Numbered from the stretch's first letter, positions 1-10,227 are shown. The stretch: DNA of 64,000 nt from Candidatus Methanomethylophilaceae archaeon (GCA_050950505.1 JBMNHS010000001.1:1056001-1120000), one strand, 5' to 3'. The notes: a model not told the origin generated them from the letters alone. Numbers and translations are program-made.

Positions 1-317
1 AGGATTTTTTCAGGAGAGTAATTGCAGGATCTGCATTTTCTTTTTCCGCCTGTTTTTATCGATGAAGACAAACCGTCCACGAAAGAAAGTTCGCACAGCA
101 TTTCCGCCGCCGGGCCGGATATTTCGATGTCGCTGCCGGTTCTGAGTCTTATTCTTGATGCGCATCCGTGAGTTCTTATTTCGGCAACGATGCATCTGAT
201 GCATTCCGCCGACGCGGGATCGGGGACTCTCCCGCAGTCTCTGCAGTTGATGCCCAATACGTCACGGTCCATGACGGACCCTTTTTCTTTCTTTTTGCCG
301 CGGCCCTTGGATTCCAT
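1..317 (-). CDS. Cys-rich hypothetical protein, truncated by window edge (possibly pilus/Tad-locus associated)
   Basis: Frame open from ATG 317 (alt. ATG 272) to the edge: ...MDRDVLGINCRDCGRVPDPASAECIRCIV...KCRSCNY; three CxxC; not in ORF track. Confidence 0.6.
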   Translation of the reverse strand, partial: MESKGRGKKKEKGSVMDRDVLGINCRDCGRVPDPASAECIRCIVAEIRTHGCASRIRLRTGSDIEISGPAAEMLCELSFVDGLSSSIKTGGKRKCRSCNYSPEKI

Positions 318-418
318 ACCTTTTAAAATGAAACAGGAACGGTATTAAGCAGGGAAGTTACAGTTAGTCTTAATTCCCGTGCGCATAGGTTATAAACAAG
401 GGACATAGTGAACCGGTT

Positions 419-2323
419 ATGGAAATTTTGGCGCCCGCAGGTTCCCCGGAAGGTTTGGTCGCCGCCATACAGGGCGGATGCAATGCTGTGTATTTGGGAG
501 GCGAAGCCTACGGAGCGAGAGCCTTCTCGGCCAACTTCACCGATTCCCAGATTGAGGGGGCCGTCAAATACGCTCACGAACGGGATGTCAAAGTTTACGT
601 CACGGTCAATACGCTGATAAAAGACTCTGAAATGGATGACGCCGTATCCTTTGTTCGGTTTTTGTCCGACGTAGGGGCCGATGCCGTTCTGATTCAGGAC
701 CTGGGGCTGCTTGAGAGAATACGTGACATAAACATTCCAAAACACGCTTCCACCCAGTTGGGAATCCATTCCCGCGAAGGTTTGGAATGGTGTCATGAGA
801 ACGGAATAGAAAGAGCGATTCTCGCAAGGGAACTGACCTTTGAGGAAATATCGGGAATGGTGAAGAATTCCCCGGTCGAGACCGAAGTTTTCGTTCAGGG
901 GGCCATGTGTTACAGCATGTCCGGCGGATGTCTGTTCTCCAGCGTCATAGGGGGACGGAGCGGCAACCGGGGACAGTGTGCGCAGCCCTGCAGGAAAAAA
1001 TACAAAATGGACGGCAGAAGCGGGTTTCTTCTGAGTTGCACCGATATTTATGCTTTGGATTACATTCCCAAACTGAAGGAAATCGGAGTCGCCGCGGCCA
1101 AAATAGAAGGGAGGATGAGAAGTCCCGCCTACGCATATCTGGCATCCAAAGCGTATTCCATGAAAGAAAGGGGGGAATCCGACGAAGACATCGCCCCCAC
1201 GGCGAAATTGCTTCATACGATTTTCAACCGCGGAATCTCCGATGGTTATTTCGGAGGCGTGAAGTCCCCGGTCCAATCCCTGTTCCCGGACAACCGGGGT
1301 TACCGTCTGGGAACCGTCACGATAAAAAACAGATCTTTCGTTGATTCGGAAATCAACGGAAAACTGAACGTGAGGGACGGTTTATCGTTGTTCAGAGGGG
1401 ATGAAAAAGTCGGAGGATTCAGAGTCAGCGACACCGCCAAAGTCACCGTTCCTTTCAGTGTTCCCAACGGAAAATACGATGTGTACCGAACCTACGATCC
1501 GAGAATAGACGCCATAAAGAACAGTCTCGAATCCGTCCCGGCACTGACCGGAAACACCAAACGTAAAAAATCAAAAAAATTCCAAAGAGAAAGAATCGTC
1601 AGAAACATCTCCGCTCCCGACCTTTCATTTTACTTAAGTTCGGTAAGAAATCTGGAAGCTGTTTCGGAGTATGCCGACAGAGTATATTTTGAAACGGGCG
1701 ACGGTCTGAAGGAAGCCGAGGAAATATGCGAAATGTCCGACATAGAATTTGTGACGATACTTCCCAGATTCGATCCCGCGGACACGGTGATTTCCTCGCC
1801 GGTCATGGTGAACACCGTCGGTCAGATGCATGCCAACAGAAACGCCGCCAGAGTTTACGGGAATCAGAATATGAATCTGTTCAATTCTTTTTATCCGGAT
1901 GTCATGTACCAGACGACTCTGTCGCCGGAACTCAACAAGGACGAAATCAGACAGGTTACGGAATACTACCCCGGCCGGCTGGAACTGATGGTGTTCGGAC
2001 GTCAGGAACTCATGGTTACCAGAGATCCGAAAATAGCCAAGGGAATGTTGGAAGATCACAAAGGATTCAAGTTTCCGGTGTACGGGGACGATGACGGCAC
2101 ATCCAGAATATTGAATTCCGCCGACTTGATTCTTTTTGATTATCTGGACGGACTTCAGTCCATGGGATTCGATTCTTTCGGAATAGATTTGAGAAAACGC
2201 CCCGAATCTTTGGCAAGAATAGTCGCCGAAGCTTTTGGGAACCGTGACGGTTCCAAGAAGAAGAGAATCGTCGAAATGTGCGGTTCCGTGACCACGGGAC
2301 ATTACAACCGCGGCGTGATTTAA
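419..2323 (+). CDS. U32 family protein (RlhA/TrhP-like Fe-S hydroxylation protein)
   Basis: MEILAPAGS, CYSMSGGC..NRGQCAQPCR, KIEGRMR motifs. Confidence 0.9.
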   Translation: MEILAPAGSPEGLVAAIQGGCNAVYLGGEAYGARAFSANFTDSQIEGAVKYAHERDVKVYVTVNTLIKDSEMDDAVSFVRFLSDVGADAVLIQDLGLLERIRDINIPKHASTQLGIHSREGLEWCHENGIERAILARELTFEEISGMVKNSPVETEVFVQGAMCYSMSGGCLFSSVIGGRSGNRGQCAQPCRKKYKMDGRSGFLLSCTDIYALDYIPKLKEIGVAAAKIEGRMRSPAYAYLASKAYSMKERGESDEDIAPTAKLLHTIFNRGISDGYFGGVKSPVQSLFPDNRGYRLGTVTIKNRSFVDSEINGKLNVRDGLSLFRGDEKVGGFRVSDTAKVTVPFSVPNGKYDVYRTYDPRIDAIKNSLESVPALTGNTKRKKSKKFQRERIVRNISAPDLSFYLSSVRNLEAVSEYADRVYFETGDGLKEAEEICEMSDIEFVTILPRFDPADTVISSPVMVNTVGQMHANRNAARVYGNQNMNLFNSFYPDVMYQTTLSPELNKDEIRQVTEYYPGRLELMVFGRQELMVTRDPKIAKGMLEDHKGFKFPVYGDDDGTSRILNSADLILFDYLDGLQSMGFDSFGIDLRKRPESLARIVAEAFGNRDGSKKKRIVEMCGSVTTGHYNRGVI

Positions 2324-2375
2324 ACTAACTGTAGTTTGTCCGGTATATTTTCTTATGGCGGAATGACAGCATGTC

Positions 2376-2795
2376 ATGCGCAACCGCAGAGGTGATATCG
2401 GATTCATGGAGGCCATGGTCGCCGCCATGGCGGTGACCGTCGTACTTGCCGCGTTCACGGGTGTCGTTGTGTCAAAGGTATTTGTAAGCGATCTGCGCCC
2501 CGGCTATCCCGACATACGTGAGATGGCGGATTCACTGTACGTATCGGATGGCGAAATCCAAGGAAATCTTGATGAAGAACTTGAGATTATTCTGATGAGG
2601 GCGGGGCTCAACGGGATATCCGTGTCCTTCGTTCCCGTGCCCGACAAGGACGGAAATCCCGTCGTCGGCGGGGAGTTGTATTTCTCAGCGGGAAACGAAC
2701 GGGGTCATGTTTCGACGGAACGGATTCTGTGTTCCGTCAGCAAAGATGGTGGAAACGTACTCGTAAGGGGTGAATTGAGGGTATGGAGCCGATGA
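2376..2795 (+). CDS. Pilin-like protein with class III signal peptide
   Basis: MRNRRG|DIGFMEAMVAAMAVTVVLAAF: basic-Gly then hydrophobic helix. Confidence 0.65.
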   Translation: MRNRRGDIGFMEAMVAAMAVTVVLAAFTGVVVSKVFVSDLRPGYPDIREMADSLYVSDGEIQGNLDEELEIILMRAGLNGISVSFVPVPDKDGNPVVGGELYFSAGNERGHVSTERILCSVSKDGGNVLVRGELRVWSR

Positions 2796-3214
2796 ACCGC
2801 AAAGGGCTCACCGCCATGGCGGATGCGATGATATTCATCACACTGATTACGCTGGCATTCACCGTCATTTATTCCCTTGGCATGGAAAAAGACGGCCCCG
2901 AAGTTCAGGATGCATCGGAAATTCTGGACCTCCTGTTGGATTCGGAAACCGTCGCGGACATCGGCGACGGACCGGTTAAAATGAAAATATACCAGGGATT
3001 GGTTTATTCATTGTATGTCGAATGCGGAACCGATCGGGAAGTGACGAACATCCTGGATTCCCATTTCATGAGGGACGGCTCATACAGACTCACTGTGGAA
3101 CAGGGCGGCAAAACCGTGGTATTGGGCCACGGAGGGGGAATTCCGTCATCAGCCTGTACCAGGGTGTTGACGGCGCCTCATTTCACCGCCGCCTACACTT
3201 TGGAAATTTTCTGA
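2792..3214 (+). CDS. Pilin-like protein with class III signal peptide
   Basis: MNRKG|LTAMADAMIFITLITLAF; ATGA overlap with previous gene. Confidence 0.65.
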   Translation: MNRKGLTAMADAMIFITLITLAFTVIYSLGMEKDGPEVQDASEILDLLLDSETVADIGDGPVKMKIYQGLVYSLYVECGTDREVTNILDSHFMRDGSYRLTVEQGGKTVVLGHGGGIPSSACTRVLTAPHFTAAYTLEIF

Positions 3215-3216
3215 AA

Positions 3217-4452
3217 TCAGGCACCGTACTTTTCGTTTCTGTTGGCGAGATCCATACAGATCGGAACGATGTCGAAACCCCGTATCCTTCCCATGGAACC
3301 CGCAGCACATCCGGACTCGCTGTATTTCACGGCATCATCGACGACAATGTCGTCGGAGTACATGGTTATCGGGACGGGATCGGCGCTGTGATCCATCACC
3401 GTACAGGGAGTACTGTGGTCCGCAGTGAAAACCAGAACAAGGTTTTCCGGCATGTTTTCCCTTATGTAACCCGCCATCTCATCCAGTCTTTTGACCACTT
3501 CGCACTTCAGTTCGGCGTTTCCGTCATGACCGCAGACATCCGGAGCTTTGCAGTTCATCAGTATGAAATCGTATTCTTTCAAAGCTTCCAGGGCTGTTTT
3601 GGCTTTCAGTACGAAATCCGAATCCGCCCCTCCGGTGCATTCTTTCGGCAAATCAAGAACATCCAAACCGCAGACTCCGCAGATTCCCTTGATCATTCCG
3701 ACACCTGCCACACAGGCAGATTTGATGTTGTGAACGTCAGGGAACGGATCGATTTCCGGGAAGGAACCCGCGCCCCTGGGCAACAGTATGTTTCCGGGGA
3801 GGAGTCCTTCGGCTTCCCTTCTTTTGTTGACGGGGTGATCTTTGAGGATATCGTAGGACATTTTCACGAACTTATTTACGATGTCAGCGGTGAACTTGGC
3901 TTCGGGGGTGGTTCCGACGGATTCAAGCACTTTGCCGAGACATCCGGGATCGGTGCCGGTCACTTCCGGAGACAGTCCCGGGCCTCTGAGAAGCAATGCG
4001 GCCCGGTGTTCCGTTCCTTTCCCCACAATCACTTCCACGCCGTCGATTACGATGCCCTGCAGGGCTTCTATGAGTTCGGTGGTGTCCGGTTCCTTGATTC
4101 TTCCGGCGCGTCTGTCGGATATGAAGAAATCATCGTCGGAAGCGGCGAAGTTGCATCTGAACGCAACATCCCCTCTCCGGCCTATCACTCCGATTCCTGC
4201 GGCTTCGAAGGGACCTCTTCCGGTGTAAACTTCCCTCGGATCGTAACCGAGGATGGACAGGTGAGCCGTGTCGCTTCCGGGTTTTGTTCCCGGAGTTATC
4301 ACGTCACATATTCCCGACATTCCGTTTTTGACAAACCAGTCAAAATTCGGGGTGTCGACTGCCTGCAACGGAGTTTTGCCTCCGATTTCTTTGTTGCTGC
4401 GGTCACCGAGACCGTCCATAATCACCATCAGGATTTTCTTTTGCACTGTCAT
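3217..4452 (-). CDS. apgM: 2,3-bisphosphoglycerate-independent phosphoglycerate mutase
   Basis: MDGLGD, PGSDTAHL, YTGRGPFEA, DVCGHDG, TADHSTP. Confidence 0.95.
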   Translation of the reverse strand: MTVQKKILMVIMDGLGDRSNKEIGGKTPLQAVDTPNFDWFVKNGMSGICDVITPGTKPGSDTAHLSILGYDPREVYTGRGPFEAAGIGVIGRRGDVAFRCNFAASDDDFFISDRRAGRIKEPDTTELIEALQGIVIDGVEVIVGKGTEHRAALLLRGPGLSPEVTGTDPGCLGKVLESVGTTPEAKFTADIVNKFVKMSYDILKDHPVNKRREAEGLLPGNILLPRGAGSFPEIDPFPDVHNIKSACVAGVGMIKGICGVCGLDVLDLPKECTGGADSDFVLKAKTALEALKEYDFILMNCKAPDVCGHDGNAELKCEVVKRLDEMAGYIRENMPENLVLVFTADHSTPCTVMDHSADPVPITMYSDDIVVDDAVKYSESGCAAGSMGRIRGFDIVPICMDLANRNEKYGA

Positions 4453-4454
4453 CT

Positions 4455-5030
4455 TTATTCCAGCTTTTTAAGCAGCCAGGCCATGTTTTCACCAAGTGTT
4501 TTCATGGTACGGATGCCTTCTTCGTCTTCATCGAAATCCCCGGGAGCTCTGGAAAGGCTCATGTTCCAATAGGTGGAACCGGGAACAATCATTTCTTTGA
4601 TAAGGAAAAATTGATTGATGCTGTTGAAGACTCCGACGGAACCTGCCCTTCTCGCGACGGCGACGGCGGCGCCCACTTTTCTTTTCAGGGGATTGCCGTC
4701 TTTGGTTCCGCAGGAGTATCCCACACGGTCGATCAGAATCTTCGCTTCCGGGGTCAAGTCCGCAAAATAAGTGGGCGAACCGATGATGATTCCGTCGGAC
4801 GATGTCATTTTGGCGGAAAATTCGTTCAGCGGGTCGTCGTTCATTATGCACTTCCCGTCAAGATTTTCTTTACATTTCCCGCAGGCGCGGCAGGGGCGCA
4901 TGTCGACGCCTCCGACCTGTACGAATTCGGTTTCTATTCCGTGTTCTTCGAGAACGGCCAATACGGTTTTGATCATTCTTGCCGTGTTTCCGTTTTTCCG
5001 CGGGCTGCAGTTGAATCCTGTGACTTTCAT
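4455..5030 (-). CDS. Iron-sulfur flavoprotein (Isf/flavodoxin family)
   Basis: SPRKNGNT, CxxCxxCx6C, GSPTYF. Confidence 0.9.
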   Translation of the reverse strand: MKVTGFNCSPRKNGNTARMIKTVLAVLEEHGIETEFVQVGGVDMRPCRACGKCKENLDGKCIMNDDPLNEFSAKMTSSDGIIIGSPTYFADLTPEAKILIDRVGYSCGTKDGNPLKRKVGAAVAVARRAGSVGVFNSINQFFLIKEMIVPGSTYWNMSLSRAPGDFDEDEEGIRTMKTLGENMAWLLKKLE

Positions 5031-5125
5031 GTTATCTAGATTTCCTCGACCCGTGATAACCATCCGATTTTAATAAACCATCTTCCCCGGTCAGATATTA
5101 GTATGTGGATTTCCATCGGGCAGAC

Positions 5126-5896
5126 ATGCCTTTCGTAAGCATCCGGAACGGAGAATTGTCCTATTCCATCGAAGGTTCCGGCGAACCGTTGATTCTTTTG
5201 ACGGGATTCGGGTCCGACAAGGATTTCTGGAATTCCCTGGTGCCCGTTCTTTCATCGGATTTCACCGTTATCGCCGTCGACAACAGAGGCTCCGGCGATA
5301 CCGTCTGTGACGGAACATTCTCAATAGACGACATGGCCGATGATGTGATCTGTCTCCTTGATTCGCTGTCCTTCGGCAAAGCACACATTCTCGGATGGTC
5401 AATGGGGTCCCAGATCGCCCAATCCGTGGCAATCAGATATACTGAAAGGGTCCGCACTCTGACGTTGGTGTCTTCGTATTTCAGAAGACCGGAACGTTCC
5501 GCGTTCATGCTTGACGGCATGATGGAAGCCGTGGAAAACGGGATGCCTCTGAAATACCTCGGTGTTCCGCTTATTGCGATGGGGTTCCCCGAATCGCATT
5601 TCGCTTCGAAGAAACGGGAGATTCCCGAATCGCTGAATGCGGACATTGACGGAATGAGAAACCAGATGAACGCCGTCAATGCGTACACAACAAAAGGCAA
5701 AATTGAATTGATGGACACGCCGGTGCTGTCGATACACGGCATCAAAGATTACATGGTGCCGGCGGATATGGGCGATGAACTTGCCGATTCAATCAAGAAT
5801 TGTGTAAAAGTGAGATTCGAAGACGAGGGCCACAACATCCTTCCTCTGAGATACGCCGACCGACTGAAAGAATTTCTGACGGATCATCCGATCTGA
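5126..5896 (+). CDS. Alpha/beta hydrolase
   Basis: DNRGSG, GWSMGS nucleophile elbow, HGxxD, GH. Confidence 0.9.
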   Translation: MPFVSIRNGELSYSIEGSGEPLILLTGFGSDKDFWNSLVPVLSSDFTVIAVDNRGSGDTVCDGTFSIDDMADDVICLLDSLSFGKAHILGWSMGSQIAQSVAIRYTERVRTLTLVSSYFRRPERSAFMLDGMMEAVENGMPLKYLGVPLIAMGFPESHFASKKREIPESLNADIDGMRNQMNAVNAYTTKGKIELMDTPVLSIHGIKDYMVPADMGDELADSIKNCVKVRFEDEGHNILPLRYADRLKEFLTDHPI

Positions 5897-6408
5897 GATT
5901 TTCTCTTTTCTCTGGCTTCGTCCACTCTTTCCGAAATGCAGCCTTTGATTTTCAGGGTGCAGGGCCAGGAATCGTCCATATAATCAATCATTTCGAGAAT
6001 ATCCGCTTCTTCATTCACAATGGCCAGATACACTTTGCTCATGAACGTTGACACGAGATAGGGAAAATCTTTGCAAATCTGAGGTCTCGAGTCCCATATC
6101 GAACATTTTTCTTTCTTCAGGAAGGCGCAGGGATTGGTTTTCAAAAGCATTATTCTGCCGTCCCCGGCGACTCCCACGTAAGATGACATGAACTCTCCCA
6201 AAGGGACGCCGGAGGCGGAAGACACACGGTCAACTTCTTCCGGCAATAACGTAATAAGTTCCTGATGGCAGCATCTGCCGCATTCTTCACAGGGAAATTC
6301 GTTGTGAAGTTCTTCACACAATCCGTACGCAATGTCCAGGTCTTTTTCCATTTCGGGGGAGATTTCCCCCAGTCCCTGCAATATGTAACGTTCCCTGTAG
6401 ACCGCCAT
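5884..6408 (-). CDS. YkgJ-family cysteine cluster protein
   Basis: CEECGRCC, CAFL, CSIWDSRPQICKDFP. Confidence 0.85.
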   Translation of the reverse strand: MAVYRERYILQGLGEISPEMEKDLDIAYGLCEELHNEFPCEECGRCCHQELITLLPEEVDRVSSASGVPLGEFMSSYVGVAGDGRIMLLKTNPCAFLKKEKCSIWDSRPQICKDFPYLVSTFMSKVYLAIVNEEADILEMIDYMDDSWPCTLKIKGCISERVDEAREKRKSQIG

Positions 6409-6417
6409 CGGAAGACC

Positions 6418-6762
6418 TCAGAATCTGCTGAATCCCAGAATGAACGCCACCATCGAGAGGAGAAGGCCTATGGCGGAAATGGCTATGTACATGTTTCTTG
6501 ACGGGGCATCGTATACCCGGCTTGTGTTGAACGAATAGCCCCCCAACAGCAATCCGACACCGCCGAGGGCGATGCTGGCTATGGGCTGGAACATCACAAG
6601 AGCCGCCGCCAAAATACCCAATACGAACGTCACGGGAGCGAAAATCTTGGCCTTTTCGCCCTTTTCCTTTTCGGGCACGTAAGGGATGTCCATTCTCCAG
6701 TCACAGTTCTCGCAGAACAGTATGCCGTCATCGTTTTTGGTTCCGCATTTGGGACAAATCAT
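6418..6762 (-). CDS. Zinc-ribbon membrane protein
   Basis: MICPKCG..FCENCD followed by 3 hydrophobic segments. Confidence 0.75.
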   Translation of the reverse strand: MICPKCGTKNDDGILFCENCDWRMDIPYVPEKEKGEKAKIFAPVTFVLGILAAALVMFQPIASIALGGVGLLLGGYSFNTSRVYDAPSRNMYIAISAIGLLLSMVAFILGFSRF

Positions 6763-6845
6763 ATCGGTGACCAGTTTATTTCCCGATATAACTTTATCGG
6801 AAGAGGAAGACCGTTGGATTACCCCTGCAGACACCGAACCGGATC

Positions 6846-7430
6846 TCAGAGAGGTTTTGACAAAATACATTCAGAACGGCTTCTCAACGAACCGAACTTT
6901 GTTTTTTCCTCGACAAGACGGGATTCCGAGACGGTGAACTCTGAAAACAATGCTGTGATTTCTTCGGGCATCCGGTGTACATACCGTATCCCGTCCCTCA
7001 CCGGTTTGTCTGACCTCATATCTTCCGGCGAGAAAGATCTGACGAACAGTTTACCGCCGGGTTTCAGAACTCTGAAACATTCCGACGAAAATCTTCTGAC
7101 CCCGCCGTCATCGAAGTTTTCGGTTATGTGCACCGCATAGACGCCGTCAAAGACACTGTCGGAAAAAGGCAGGTCCAAACAGTCTCCGGTGACAAAAACG
7201 GCTTTGTCTCCGTAAATTTCAGAACAGGACTTAATGGCACAGGAAGAGAAATCAATGCCGGTCACGTCAAAATCCAATCCTATCAGACAGGAACAGGTCT
7301 TTCCGTTTCCGCAACCGGTGTCAAGAACTTTGCTGTTTTTCGGAAGACCCAGATTCGGAACTTCTTTGAATCCCCTCCATGCTCTGGGTTGTTTTCTGTA
7401 AAAATCATCCCAGATTTCCTGTCCGTCCAT
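6846..7430 (-). CDS. Class I SAM-dependent methyltransferase
   Basis: VLDTGCGNG, GIDFS, LPFSD, RVLKPGG. Confidence 0.9.
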   Translation of the reverse strand: MDGQEIWDDFYRKQPRAWRGFKEVPNLGLPKNSKVLDTGCGNGKTCSCLIGLDFDVTGIDFSSCAIKSCSEIYGDKAVFVTGDCLDLPFSDSVFDGVYAVHITENFDDGGVRRFSSECFRVLKPGGKLFVRSFSPEDMRSDKPVRDGIRYVHRMPEEITALFSEFTVSESRLVEEKTKFGSLRSRSECILSKPL

Positions 7431-7488
7431 GATTTCGGAAAGCTCGCGTAATATAAATAGAGTGATTGATTAGACGGGATGAGACAAT

Positions 7489-8787
7489 ATGTATTGGAAT
7501 CCTGAAACAGAATGCATGCCCGTCGAGGAACTGAAGAAGCTGCAGTTCACCGAAATCAAAAAACTGGTGACCCATCTTTACGGTTCCAACGGGTTTTACA
7601 GGCAGAAAATGGATTCGTCCGGAGTCACTCCCGACGATTTGCACACACTTGAAGACGTGTCTAAACTTCCTTTCATGCACAAACAGGAATTCAGAGACAA
7701 CTATCCCACCAAAATGTTCAATGTTCCCAACACGGAAGTGGTCCGGTATCACGTTTCTTCCGGAACCACCGGAAAACCCACTCTTGTGGGATATACCCGC
7801 AACGATCTGGAATATTGGACGGATGCTTTGGCAAGATCTCTGACGTCTATAGACGTCGGTGACAAAGACACATTGCAGGTTTCTTACGGATACGGGCTGT
7901 TCACCGGCGGATTGGGTCTGCATTACGGTGCCGAAAAAGTCGGAGCCACGGTTCTTCCCGCAAGCACCGGAAGCACCGAACGGCAGCTCGAACTGATGCA
8001 GGATCTGGAAGTCACGGTCATAGCCTGCACCCCGTCGTATTTCATACACCTCATGGAAACCGCCGAAAGTCTCGGAATAGATTTCAGAAAAGACACGAAG
8101 CTCAGCAAAGCCGTTCTCGGAGCGGAACCTTGGACCGAAACAATGAGGAACCGGATTGAGAAAATGACCGGAGTCAAAGCCTACGACATATACGGCACCA
8201 GTGAATTGGCGGGACCGATGTACACCGAATGCGAAGAGCAGGACGGCATCCACATAGACGGGGACATAACCTATGCGGAAATAATCGACCCGGAAACCGG
8301 CGAGGTATTGGGCCCCGGGGAACGGGGGGAGCTTGTTGTCACAATGCTGAAGAAGAACACATTCCCCCTGGTAAGGTACAGAACCAGCGACATCACGTCG
8401 ATATACGAAGAACCCTGCCCCTGCGGACGGACTTCTCCCCGCATAGCCAGAATCACCGGGCGTTCCGACGATATGCTGATTATACGCGGTATAAACGTGT
8501 TCCCGTCCCAGGTGGAATTTGCATTGATGAAAGTTCCCGAAGTCGGGAATCAGTACATGATTGTGGTTACCAAAGAGGGGGCCATGGATCGCATGACCGT
8601 TCAGGTTGAAATCAAACCCGAAACCTTCAGCGATAAAATGGAAGATATGTTGGCGGTCAGAAAACATATAGAAAACGAACTTAAAAAATATCTCAACATC
8701 AGTGTACATGTGGAACTCAAAGCCCCCGGAGAACTTCCGAGGTTTGAAGGAAAGGCATCCCGCGTCGTGGATAAGAGGTCAGAATAA
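7489..8787 (+). CDS. paaK: Phenylacetate-CoA ligase
   Basis: SSGTTGKP, YGYGLFTGGLG, YGTSE, GRSDDMLIIRGINVFPSQ. Confidence 0.93.
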   Translation: MYWNPETECMPVEELKKLQFTEIKKLVTHLYGSNGFYRQKMDSSGVTPDDLHTLEDVSKLPFMHKQEFRDNYPTKMFNVPNTEVVRYHVSSGTTGKPTLVGYTRNDLEYWTDALARSLTSIDVGDKDTLQVSYGYGLFTGGLGLHYGAEKVGATVLPASTGSTERQLELMQDLEVTVIACTPSYFIHLMETAESLGIDFRKDTKLSKAVLGAEPWTETMRNRIEKMTGVKAYDIYGTSELAGPMYTECEEQDGIHIDGDITYAEIIDPETGEVLGPGERGELVVTMLKKNTFPLVRYRTSDITSIYEEPCPCGRTSPRIARITGRSDDMLIIRGINVFPSQVEFALMKVPEVGNQYMIVVTKEGAMDRMTVQVEIKPETFSDKMEDMLAVRKHIENELKKYLNISVHVELKAPGELPRFEGKASRVVDKRSE

Positions 8788-9218
8788 TGTCAGAAGATAA
8801 CTTGATAATTCAGCTTTCGATTTTTGTGAACAATGAGCCCGGACGGTTGGCATCGATTGCCAAGACGCTCAAGGAGTGTGAAGTAAACATGAGGGCATTC
8901 AATCTCGCCGAGTCATCGGAGTTCGGAATTCTCCGCGCGATAGTGGACGATCCCGAAGAATCCTTCGGCAAGTTGAAGAGCAGAGGACTCATAGTGAAGA
9001 AAACCCACGTCATCGGAATTGTCATCGATGACACCCCCGGTTCTCTCTTCGACGCCGCCGATGTCTGCGGCCGCGAAAGCATCAACATCGAGTACGGTTA
9101 CGCTTATGCGGGAAAGAACATTTCCGCCTTTTTCATACGTGTGGACGACACGGTAAGAGCCGTCGAGGCCCTGAAGAAAGCCGATATCCGTCTGATCAAA
9201 GGTTCGGAGATCAGATGA
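8787..9218 (+). CDS. Tandem ACT domain protein
   Basis: QLSIFVNNEPGRL, DTPGSL, NIEYGY; coupled to paaK. Confidence 0.9.
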   Translation: MSEDNLIIQLSIFVNNEPGRLASIAKTLKECEVNMRAFNLAESSEFGILRAIVDDPEESFGKLKSRGLIVKKTHVIGIVIDDTPGSLFDAADVCGRESINIEYGYAYAGKNISAFFIRVDDTVRAVEALKKADIRLIKGSEIR

Positions 9219-10150
9219 GCAACCTCAACGTAGCGATGCTCGGAGCCAAAGTGGCTTCCGAAATAGGCAAGAAGGGAACCGTCACCGACGTGACTTTCTA
9301 TGAATTGAAGAAAGGCGACGATTCGGTGACCATGATCGAACCCGCCAAGTATCCCGAAAGGCTGTCATCGCTGTTTTTTGCCGTGGAGATGGCGGAGTTC
9401 GCCGTACTTGTCATCGATGAAATCGATGCGACTCTGGGAGAAACCATTGTCATGACCGACACCGTCGGAATCGAAAAAGGTTGGATTATCCTCAGAAATT
9501 ACATTCAACCGGAGCAGATTGCGCCTCTGATAGCGGACAGCGTTCTCGAGAATTACGAGTTCAGGGAGTACGATCCGATAAAAATCAGGGAAGAGCTTCT
9601 GGAGCTGTCTTCCGAACACAAAAGAGAACCCGGCGAAGGTTCCAAAGGAAGCTGTCCCGTTGACAGTCACTTCAACGTCCACGGCGTGGGCACCGTGGTA
9701 TTGGCATCCGTGGCTGACGGACACATACGCAAACACGACAAGATGAAAGTCTTCCCGCTCGGAAGGGAAGTGGTTCTGAGGTCGATACAGAAACACGATC
9801 TCGATTCGGAAACCGCCGTCAAAGGAGACCATACGGGACTGGCTCTCCGGGGAATAGAATCGGACGAGCTTGACAGAGGTTATGTGCTGACCACGGACAA
9901 AGACATCAAAATGACCCGGAGCTTTACCGGTAAAGTAAAAACCGTAAAGTTCTGGAAAGAACCGTTGAAGGACGGAATGGTAATGCATCTGGGTCACTGG
10001 ATGCAGATGATACCTTTCCGCATGTCTCTGTCCGGGGACGAAGTCACCTTCGACCTGAATTCGGATTTGATTTACAAACCCGGCGACAAAGCCGTTCTCA
10101 TGTACCTCGAAGGCGGGAAACTGAGAGTCGTCGGCAGTGTCACGCTGTGA
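9215..10150 (+). CDS. Archaeal SelB-like elongation factor (aSelBL)
   Basis: Degenerate G domain (GKKGTVTD), VDSHFNVHGVGTVV, RSIQKHD, LDRGYVL; EF-Tu domains II/III. Confidence 0.85.
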   Translation: MSNLNVAMLGAKVASEIGKKGTVTDVTFYELKKGDDSVTMIEPAKYPERLSSLFFAVEMAEFAVLVIDEIDATLGETIVMTDTVGIEKGWIILRNYIQPEQIAPLIADSVLENYEFREYDPIKIREELLELSSEHKREPGEGSKGSCPVDSHFNVHGVGTVVLASVADGHIRKHDKMKVFPLGREVVLRSIQKHDLDSETAVKGDHTGLALRGIESDELDRGYVLTTDKDIKMTRSFTGKVKTVKFWKEPLKDGMVMHLGHWMQMIPFRMSLSGDEVTFDLNSDLIYKPGDKAVLMYLEGGKLRVVGSVTL

Positions 10151-10227
10151 GGTTTTACCTAAAGGTATAAGTACGGCACAATATTCATGAAGGGTATCGT
10201 GCCAAGTAGTAGCACGGAGGCTTGCAA

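Noticed and set aside
3022-4572. Long antisense/alternate-frame ORFs (e.g. 516 aa here; also 7405-8709, 41196-42557, 61765-63588)
   Set aside because: Shadows of clear genes on the opposite strand with no motifs; common in this codon usage
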